From positions 70,494 to 134,493 of the forward strand of contig NW_013657623.1 in NCBI RefSeq assembly GCF_000142905.1: a stretch of DNA of 64,000 nucleotides, in the 5' to 3' direction. The notes under the pieces were generated by a model, which saw only the letters and a program-made list of their open reading frames with translations, made no database searches and was not told where the DNA came from. Positions 56,360 through 64,000 of the stretch are shown here, piece by piece. The position numbers and the translations under genes were made by a program. Positions within the stretch are counted from its first letter, which is position 1, and the number at the start of each line of letters is the position of its first letter. The DNA comes from Thecamonas trahens ATCC 50062. Lineage: Eukaryota > Protista > Apusomonadida.

Positions 56360-56696
56360 CGAGCGCGAGTCCTGATGTCGTACTTGCCGCTGTACAACGC
56401 CGGCGAGGCCTCGAGCGGCCCGCTGGAATGCATTTACTGCGAGGCGCTTGAGACGCACAATGACGCTATCTATGTTGTCGGCCGGCTCGAGGGCCGCCAG
56501 CCTATCGCGCTTTGCCTGGTCCCCACCTCATCATCCCTGGCGCGTGCTCGGACGAGCGGTGTGAACGCTACGCTAGCGCGGGGTCAAGCAAGCAAGGCAA
56601 AAAGGTCTAATCGAGAGCCGGGCACACTTTTACAGTTTGCTGCAACTCGCGCGTCCATCGCAGCGTGTCCATCGAGCGGAGGCGTTATCACCGGAC

Positions 56697-56957
56697 TCAG
56701 TTGTTGCGGTTCGAGTGGGCAACCCCGTAGAGCGGGAGGCCGACACCCAGAGCAACGAGGCCGATGACCTTGACGGCGATGGACGCGTTCGACACGCCGT
56801 TGACCTTGAACGGAAGGGTTGTCCCGTGGCCCACAAAGCCGTGCGACTGGACACCCCACGGCAGCGGGCCCGCGCCACGTGCCGCAGGCTGCGCAGCCTG
56901 CCGCGCCATGAGTGACGCTCCACGTGCGAGCGTAAACAGAGTGTTGCGAGCAGCCAT
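56697..56957 (-). CDS. COX7C: Cytochrome c oxidase subunit VIIc-like
   Basis: Presequence-like N-terminus, SH...G.TLPFKV, single TM with P, C-terminal AH, matching the COX7C pattern. Confidence 0.7.
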   Translation of the reverse strand: MAARNTLFTLARGASLMARQAAQPAARGAGPLPWGVQSHGFVGHGTTLPFKVNGVSNASIAVKVIGLVALGVGLPLYGVAHSNRNN

Positions 56958-57480
56958 CGTGGTCTGAGTGTGGGAGTGTGAGGGGGGGAGGGGGGAGGGG
57001 GGAAGGGGGGGGGGGGGAGGAAGGGGAGGAGCGAGGTTGTGAAAGGGTGAGAAAGTGCGGCTTTTTTCTGCCGCCTGCCACTGATCACGATCAGGTGGCC
57101 TTTAGCAGGGGCGGCAGCTAGTGCAGCATCCAGCGAAGCGGGGGACGTAGTCTGAGGAAGCTCGCCATGCCGAGAGGTATAAAGGAGGTGTGTCGGTAGC
57201 GTACGTGCTGATAGGTCGTCTAGTCGAGTGTGGTTGTACGCGCTATGGACTTGACCTCAGCGGCAGGCCAGGCAGGCAAGGCAAGCCAGGCAGGCAAGGC
57301 GAGTCGGCATGCGCGCGCCGGCTGTGGCTGGAAAAAGCCACCGGTGGCAAAGAGGGCGCGATCGGACGGCGTTGATCAGTGGGCGAATGGTGCGGGCACA
57401 GGCACAGGCAGAGACAGGCAAGGGGCAAGGGGACACGGACACGGCGGACTCCACACACCTCTCTCAAGCAAGAAGACAGC

Positions 57481-57909
57481 ATGGCGAGTGCTGGCATTGT
57501 GGTTTTGTGCGCGTTGGTGGCGCTGGCGGTGCTGGCGGTGCTGGCGCCGATGGCCGAGGCGGCCGAGGGGACGGAAGGAGCAGGCAAGGCGGCGGCGGCG
57601 GTGGCGGCGGGGGCAGGCGGGACGGGGGCTTGGGCGGGGAGTATGCCGTGCGGTGGCGGGACGTGCACAGGCGACGAGGCATGCTGCCCAGACCCCAAGG
57701 ACAAGGGCGCGGCTGTTTGTTGCCCGGCGTCGTCATCGCATTGCTGCAACGGGACGTGCTGCGAGAGCTTTGAGACGTGCTGCGACGGGTACTGCTGCAT
57801 GGCGTCGACGTCGTCGTGCTGTCCGGCCATCAACGGGCATCCCTCGCGGTGCTGCCCCATCAACACCGTCTGCTGTGCCACCGGCAAGTGGGGCTGCTGC
57901 CCGGCATAA
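57481..57909 (+). CDS. Small secreted cysteine-rich protein (granulin-like CC repeats)
   Basis: Signal peptide followed by ten CC doublets at 3-10 aa spacing. Confidence 0.75.
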   Translation: MASAGIVVLCALVALAVLAVLAPMAEAAEGTEGAGKAAAAVAAGAGGTGAWAGSMPCGGGTCTGDEACCPDPKDKGAAVCCPASSSHCCNGTCCESFETCCDGYCCMASTSSCCPAINGHPSRCCPINTVCCATGKWGCCPA

Positions 57910-57914
57910 TGAGC

Positions 57915-59591
57915 TCAAGGCTGCGGTAAAGACCGCAGGAGTGATGTTGGCATGTGGCCGGCCAGCAGATGGCGGAGGAGGGCGCGAAGTGTCGAGGATG
58001 GCGCAAAGACAAACGATGAGTGCGTTCCGCGGGTGAGCTCTGTTGAGCTCGTCCACGCGCCGTAGGCCGGAAGATGGCTGTCGGCAATGTCGACGAGGAT
58101 GATGGTCGGGTCGCGGGCCTTGCGGAGCTTGGCAAACGCCTTGTACGCCACGCACCCGTGGGTGTGGTCCTCGTCCTCGGCCCAGGTCACCACCAGCCGC
58201 GAGCCTGAGGCCGCAAGCGTTGCGCCAAGATCAGCCGGGACGGCGGCGATGACTGAGTTGTGGGCGAGATGGAACTCGCCGGCAAAGAGGCGCGGGTAAG
58301 CGACGACAGCACGGAACGCCGTCGCGGCGCCGCCGCAAAAACCGACAAACGAGACGCCTGAAGTGATGCCAAAGGCGTTGACCAGCGCCTTGACTAGTTG
58401 CGGCGCATGCCGGCGCCACGTCCCGGTCTGGATGTCACGCCCGGACGAGCGGCCAAAGCCGGGCAGGTCAGCAAAGATCATGTTGCGACCAGCGGCAGCA
58501 ATGTCCGGCGCGAGCCGCGCCCATGTCGCGTAGTTGCACGACGCGCCAAAGCCGTGGAGGCAGAGCACGGTCCGCGTCGCGCCCGGCATCATGCGCGCCC
58601 GCCCGCACATTTGGTACGCCGCATCGTCGACAAGCACATCGAGGGCGTACGCTTCCAGCTGGGAGAGGATCCCGATCTCAGCGTCGTCAAAGACGCCCGA
58701 GTCAAGGAGCTCGGCGTCGGCGTGCGCGGTGGCCACCGGGTGGAGTTTGGTGCGGATCCGCGGCTTAGTGCTTCGGCCGTCGCTCAGGCCGTACTTGCGG
58801 CGGCGGACCGCTCGCATTTGTTTGGTGTTGACCTCGCGCTTGGCGCAGTCGACAAACTCGAGGCAGTCGATGTTGGCGGCAAAGCGCGAGTACGCTCTCG
58901 CCGGCACCGCTTGTGCCCGCGTCTCGACCGCGGTCAGGCTCGCGGCGGCGATCTCGTCGTCGACCAGCTGTTGCCGCTCATCGTGGGAGAGCGATCCCAG
59001 CGGTCGCGATGGTGTCGAGCTCGTGGTCGTGGTAGTCGACGCTGTATCGCACACGCCTGCTGCCGCTTCACGTGCGAGCCGGAGCCGCATCCCAGCCTCG
59101 ACTTGGTCGCGGAGGCGGGCGGCGGCAGCAGTTGCAGCGGCGGCAGTGGCGGATGCGCCCGCCAGTGCCGAGGTAACTTCGCCAGCCAGCGCTTTGCTAA
59201 TGCCTCGGCACTTGGTGAGCGTGATGTCAACAAGGCTGCCGAGGCTGCCGTGTGATGCGGCGGTGTGGATGGCAGCGACGAGCGCGCGCGCACCACGCGG
59301 TGTCACCCGGTTGCCGTGCAGGTCAAGCACTTCCAGCGAACGCGATTGCAGTGCGCCTCGAGCGAGGATAGCCAGCACTTTGTCGGAAATTGAGCAGAAC
59401 TGGGCGTGGAGGACCACCAGGCCCGAGGTCTCGGCAAGCGCTCGGGCAAGCACTTTGGCCTCGGCCGTCCGTAGGTGCGACATCGAGATGTCGCCGACTT
59501 GCGCTGATCCCGCCGCCATGGCCGCCACCAGATTTCCGACGTTGCGGTTAGTAATGGCCTGTGCGGCCTGCACCAAGCTTTTGCTCTCCAT
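57915..59591 (-). CDS. RNI-like LRR + alpha/beta-hydrolase fusion (an upstream exon across the gap is likely)
   Basis: SLEVLDLHGNRVTPRGARAL LRR; hydrolase LCLHGFG, DLPGFGRS, elbow VGFCGGA, VTWAEDED. Polypyrimidine-CAG acceptor near 59621. Confidence 0.75.
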   Translation of the reverse strand: MESKSLVQAAQAITNRNVGNLVAAMAAGSAQVGDISMSHLRTAEAKVLARALAETSGLVVLHAQFCSISDKVLAILARGALQSRSLEVLDLHGNRVTPRGARALVAAIHTAASHGSLGSLVDITLTKCRGISKALAGEVTSALAGASATAAAATAAAARLRDQVEAGMRLRLAREAAAGVCDTASTTTTTSSTPSRPLGSLSHDERQQLVDDEIAAASLTAVETRAQAVPARAYSRFAANIDCLEFVDCAKREVNTKQMRAVRRRKYGLSDGRSTKPRIRTKLHPVATAHADAELLDSGVFDDAEIGILSQLEAYALDVLVDDAAYQMCGRARMMPGATRTVLCLHGFGASCNYATWARLAPDIAAAGRNMIFADLPGFGRSSGRDIQTGTWRRHAPQLVKALVNAFGITSGVSFVGFCGGAATAFRAVVAYPRLFAGEFHLAHNSVIAAVPADLGATLAASGSRLVVTWAEDEDHTHGCVAYKAFAKLRKARDPTIILVDIADSHLPAYGAWTSSTELTRGTHSSFVFAPSSTLRALLRHLLAGHMPTSLLRSLPQP

Positions 59592-59988
59592 CTCTACCCG
59601 GAGTGTAGCGTTGTACCGCGCTGCGAAGAGAAGGGGGGGAGCATGCGAGTGTCTTGTTTCATGTGGCTTTGCGAAGGAATAGAACTTGGCTGCGAAGGAA
59701 TGTACTGGAAAGCCCGTATTCGCTCTCCTTCCTCTCCCCCGCCTCATNNNNNNNNNNNNNNNNNNNNNNNNNNNNNNNNNNNNNNNNNNNNNNNNNNNNN
59801 NNNNNNNNNNNNNNNNNNNNNNNNNNNNNNNNNNNNNNNNNNNNNNNNNNNNNNNNNNNNNNNNCCTCCCCTTCCACCAACCGTCGCCTCCCCCCCCCCC
59901 CTCCCCCCCCGCATCAACAATTTGGCGCATTGTGCCAATTGAGCGGATGGCCAACGGACGGGCAGGTTACCACACTTGAGTCGGCGCC

Positions 59989-61703
59989 ATGTCCGTGTTC
60001 GACTTTCTGGAGCCAGCCGCAGGCGAGACAGGCGGCGCATCTCACCACTATGACGCTCCCGAGAGCCAGCATGCACCGCACACATCCCACGCACCGGCTT
60101 ATCGTGGCCAGCGCCCTCATCGCCAGCCATCGCGTGCCCATCCGCCCATGTACGTTGCCCTCGTAGCGAGTCAGCACAAAGTTTGAAAGTTCGGCGAGTT
60201 CGCGCTGCGGCTCGCCAGGCGGACCGCGCGGTGAGCGCTAGCGTCAGCAATACAATAGTTCAGGCAGCCCAACTCACAGAGTATGATGATGGGGTGCTGT
60301 GACATGTGGTGGCTGACTTTGGTGGCGTGGCGGACGTTGTAGGGACTCGTTTCTGGAGTCCCCGCCCGGGCGCGAGTCGTCGGACGGCAGCCGGTCGGAG
60401 CGTAGCGGGAGCGGGCGGCGGCGGCGGCGCGACTTCCAGAAGGAGAACGTGATGCTGATCAAGGAGAAGCAGCGGCTGAACAGGCTCAATCGTGAGCGGG
60501 AAGCCGAGGAGGCTGCACGCGCGCAGGCGTTCAAGCTCTCCAAGTTCCGCAAGGTCGAGTCCAAGGTCAAGGCTATGAGGAGCGGGCCGGCCGGGAGCCG
60601 GGCTGGTGGGCGCGGGCGCGGGCGCGGGCCAGGTGGCGCCGGAGTTAGAGGGGCCCGCCAGTTCCTCCGGCGTGGCGAGGGCTCGCGGCGCGTGTAGGCG
60701 CTCGGCGGGGGGGTGGGGACGGGCCGTGAAGANNNNNNNNNNNNNNNNNNNNNNNNNNNNNNNNNNNNNNNNNNNNNNNNNNNNNNNNNNNNNNNNNNNN
60801 NNNNNNNNNNNNNNNNNNNNNNNNNNNNNNNNNNNNNNNNNNNNNNNNNNNNNNNNNNNNNNNNNNNNNNNNNNNNNNNNNNNNNNNNNNNNNNNNNNNN
60901 NNNNNNNNNNNNNNNNNNNNNNNNNNNNNNNNNNNNNNNNNNNNNNNNNNNNNNNNNNNNNNNNNNNNNNNNNNNNNNNNNNNNNNNNNNNNNNNNNNNN
61001 NNNNNNNNNNNNNNNNNNNNNNNNNNNNNNNNNNNNNNNNNNNNNNNNNNNNNNNNNNNNNNNNNNNNNNNNNNNNNNNNNNNNNNNNNNNNNNNNNNNN
61101 NNNNNNNNNNNNNNNNNNNNNNNNNNNNNNNNNNNNNNNNNNNNNNNNNNNNNNNNNNNNNNNNNNNNNNNNNNNNNNNNNNNNNNNNNNNNNNNNNNNN
61201 NNNNNNNNNNNNNGGTGCGGGCCAAGCGCAAGCCTGCAGTGCCGCGGGAGCTGGCGCAGCTCGCGCCGCGGACCGAGAAGAACTTCCTTGCCGACAACGC
61301 GCGGGCGACAATGGCGGCGAGCGCATCATCGCGGAGCGGCGGGTCGCGGGCGAGCGACGACCCGCGCAACCGGCCAGACTTTGGAAAGGTACCCGAGTAT
61401 CTCATCAAGCGCAAGATCGAGGCGGCCAAGCAAGAGATCGAGGCCGAGGCGGCCAAGCCCGACCCGGACTGCCCGCCGGGCATGGTCCGCATGCCCGAAG
61501 CCGAGCGGCTGGAAACGCTGCAGCTCCTCGAGGGCAATCGTGCCGACATCATCCAGCAGCTCAACACCATGCCTCTCCGCTGCGATACCTTTGGCCTCAA
61601 GCGCAAGAAGCACCTGCTCGAGAGCAAGTTGCAAGAGGCCGACGAGGCCATCAAGATCTTCTCCAAGCCCAAGGTCTTTATCAACATCGAGGATGCGCAG
61701 TAG
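59989..61703 (+). CDS. ENKD1: Enkurin domain-containing protein (ENKD1-like); intron 60150-60342, interior partly in a gap
   Basis: GTACGT..CTGAC..TAG splice restores the frame to RDFQKEN..FRKVESKV; C-terminal GKVPEYL..PDPDCPPG..ERLETL..EAIKIFSKPKVFI. Confidence 0.85.
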
Positions 61704-62062
61704 CCAACCACCCCCCCTCCCCCCGCCCTCGCCCTCGCCCTCGCCCTCGCTCTCCCTCTCCACGTACGGATGTGTATCCTTGAAACCGAGCCCGTATTGC
61801 ACCACAACCTACACCACAAAACACCATCAGCCATCCCTCCCCCCCCGACCACACCCGACCATCCAAATCCCCCGACCACTTGCGGCTGACCACCCGATTC
61901 GGGGTTCACAACACGCAGGACTCAGACCAAGACCAAGGCCACCCCACGTCACCACCACACACCACCACACACCACCACACACCACCACCACACACCACCA
62001 CCACACCACCACACACACACCACCACACACACACCACCACACACACACCACCACCCAGAGCC

Positions 62063-63382
62063 ATGGCTGCACCCATGGAGACTATTGAGGCGGCCGAGGA
62101 GGGCATGGCCGGCGGAAGCATGGCCGGCAGGAGCGCGGCAGCGTCGACGGGCGTCAAGTACAAGATCGGGCAGACGCCGTTTGTGGTCAACTCGAACTAC
62201 AAGGTTGTTCGTGCGCTGGGCTCGGGCGCGTTTGGGGTTGTCTGCGAGGCTGTGGACCTCCGGTCGGGCTCGTCTGTGGCCATCAAGCGCATCGGGCAGG
62301 TCTTCCGCCACCTGACCGACGCTAAGCGCTGCCTCCGTGAGGTCCGGCTGCTCAAGCACCTGCGCCACGAGAACGTCATCACACTGTTCGAGGTCATGCC
62401 GCCGCTCGGCTCGCTGGCCGACTTTCGCGACTTGTACATTGTGACCGAGCTGATGGAGACCGATCTGCACCAGGTCATCCAGAGCGACCAGCAGCTGACC
62501 AACGAGTACGTGCAGTACTTTCTGTACCAGATCCTCCGCGGTGTCAAGTACATCCACTCGGCCCACGTCATTCACCGCGACCTCAAGCCGTCGAACTTGC
62601 TGGTCAATTCCAACTGCGACCTCAAGATCTGTGACTTTGGCCTCGCCCGCGTCGCCGATCCCGACGAGAACCATGCCGGGTTCATGACCGAGTACGTGGC
62701 AACTCGCTGGTATCGTGCGCCCGAGGTCATGCTCTCGTGGTCACGGTACACAAAGGCCATGGACGTCTGGTCCATCGGCTGCATCTTTGCCGAGCTCCTC
62801 CTCCGTCGCCCGCTCCTTCCGGGCCGCGACTTTCTGCACCAGCTCCAGCTCATTGTCTCGGTCCTCGGCACGCCGGCGCCTGATGACCTCGCCGGCATCA
62901 AGAGCGACCGCGCCCGGAGGTACATGCAGGGTCTTCCGCACCAAGACCGCGCAGACTTTGCCCGCCTTTTCCCTTCGGCCACTCCCGCCGCCCTCGACCT
63001 GCTCTCGGGCCTCCTCGAGTTCAATCCGGACAAGCGCCTGACCGTCGAAGAGGCCCTCGCACACCCGTACATGGCCGACATCCACGATCCGTCCGACGAG
63101 CCTGTTGCTGATGAGCCCTTCAACTTTGCGTGGGAGCAGTCGGCCCTCACCCACGCCTCGGTCCGCCACATGCTCACCCTCGAGGCTGTCTCATACCATC
63201 CGGACGCCGCCGAGCTCATCGCCCAGCTCGGCGGCTTTGACGACGACAGCAGCGATCCCACCATGCGCACCGTCCCCACGCCCATGACCTCTGGTGGCGA
63301 CCTTCCTCCCGCCGCGGCCTCGAGTCTCGAGACGCCTGGCACAGCCCCCATGACCATCGCCGACATGGACGACTCCATGTGA
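62063..63382 (+). CDS. ERK1/2-type MAP kinase (TEY)
   Basis: GSGAFGVV, AKRCLREV, HRDLKPSN, CDFGLAR, GFMTEYVATRWYRAPE, HDPSDEP common docking site. Confidence 0.96.
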   Translation: MAAPMETIEAAEEGMAGGSMAGRSAAASTGVKYKIGQTPFVVNSNYKVVRALGSGAFGVVCEAVDLRSGSSVAIKRIGQVFRHLTDAKRCLREVRLLKHLRHENVITLFEVMPPLGSLADFRDLYIVTELMETDLHQVIQSDQQLTNEYVQYFLYQILRGVKYIHSAHVIHRDLKPSNLLVNSNCDLKICDFGLARVADPDENHAGFMTEYVATRWYRAPEVMLSWSRYTKAMDVWSIGCIFAELLLRRPLLPGRDFLHQLQLIVSVLGTPAPDDLAGIKSDRARRYMQGLPHQDRADFARLFPSATPAALDLLSGLLEFNPDKRLTVEEALAHPYMADIHDPSDEPVADEPFNFAWEQSALTHASVRHMLTLEAVSYHPDAAELIAQLGGFDDDSSDPTMRTVPTPMTSGGDLPPAAASSLETPGTAPMTIADMDDSM

Positions 63383-63539
63383 GGCGGGCTCGCTCCGCAG
63401 AGTGAGCAGGCGACGTAAATCTGCAGCTCTCGAGCGTCTTGTCCCTCTTCTGTCTCATTTATCGCACCCATCGCCAGCCAGCGCACGCCTCCTCAGCGGC
63501 GGCGTGTCCGCCTGCCCCCTATCGCTGGCGCCCCCTCTT

Positions 63540-64000
63540 CTACTCGGTAACCATCGCCGCCGGGCTGCCGCCGGCTGCCGGCTGGGCGTCATTGCCACCC
63601 CCCGCCGCCGCCGCCGCCGCTGTCTCGGCCTCCTCGGCCTCGCGGGCCTCTGTGTTGACCAAGTCTTTCCCGGCCTGAGTAAACGCGTACCATGCGTCCA
63701 GATACCCGGCATGGGCGCCAAAGTGCTTGACGAGCGTGTCCACCATGGCCGTCTGCACCGTCACCGAGTGGAAGACCTTGGCGAGCTTGTTGGAGACCTG
63801 CCCGCACAGCCAGCCCAAGCCCAAGCCCGCGCCCACACCCGCACCCACAGTCACAGCCACACCCACAGCCACACCCGTACATATCTTGTGAGTCGTCCCT
63901 TCCTTCTTGCTGCATGCCCGCACGCATGCCGAGTGGAGGGAGGGCAACGACGGAGCAGTTTTCACGGCCTTTTGCTGAGATCGGCGCCCTTGATCACCCT
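63540..64000 (-). CDS. 3' part of an unidentified spliced gene running off the window edge
   Basis: Terminal exon VSNKLAKVFHSV...VTE* preceded by a probable GTACGG...CAG intron (about 63798-63880). Confidence 0.5.
   Translation of the reverse strand, partial: GDQGRRSQQKAVKTAPSLPSLHSACVRACSKKEGTTHKICTGVAVGVAVTVGAGVGAGLGLGWLCGQVSNKLAKVFHSVTVQTAMVDTLVKHFGAHAGYLDAWYAFTQAGKDLVNTEAREAEEAETAAAAAAGGGNDAQPAAGGSPAAMVTE

Noticed and set aside
56375-56767. 130-aa ORF between Apollo and COX7C
   Set aside because: No recognisable domain and it overlaps COX7C antisense; a small real gene cannot be excluded.

Overview
A GC-rich, very gene-dense, intron-poor nuclear eukaryotic scaffold with four N gaps. Composition and gene content fit a unicellular flagellate such as an apusomonad (inference only). 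It holds about 29 protein-coding genes and one tRNA-Ile(AAU). Recognisable genes: CYP, kinesin-7, ELP6, LIM-RasGEF, FMO, RPL21, HAUS8/QWRF-like, PEX12, RCC1-like, MCM3, Canopy, an MFS transporter, TMEM144, SNM1B/Apollo, COX7C, ENKD1 and an ERK-type MAPK. Main observations: (1) two paralogous genes share a long helical stalk; one carries a bacterial CrfC/YjdA-type dynamin-like GTPase behind a DUSP domain (27002-32115) and the other ends in a TKL protein kinase (<1-2263), suggesting an undescribed eukaryotic family of CrfC-like GTPase signalling fusions; (2) one gene fuses a CAR-like 7TM receptor, a PH domain, a degenerate PIP-kinase domain and an MFS/nodulin-like transporter (10061-14703); (3) a PHTF/7TM-ion-channel-like gene is hidden inside the 2965-aa ORF, which is really two genes; (4) at least eight genes have a frameshift repaired by adding one base, probably assembly under-calls. 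All family assignments come from motif recognition by eye, not database searches.
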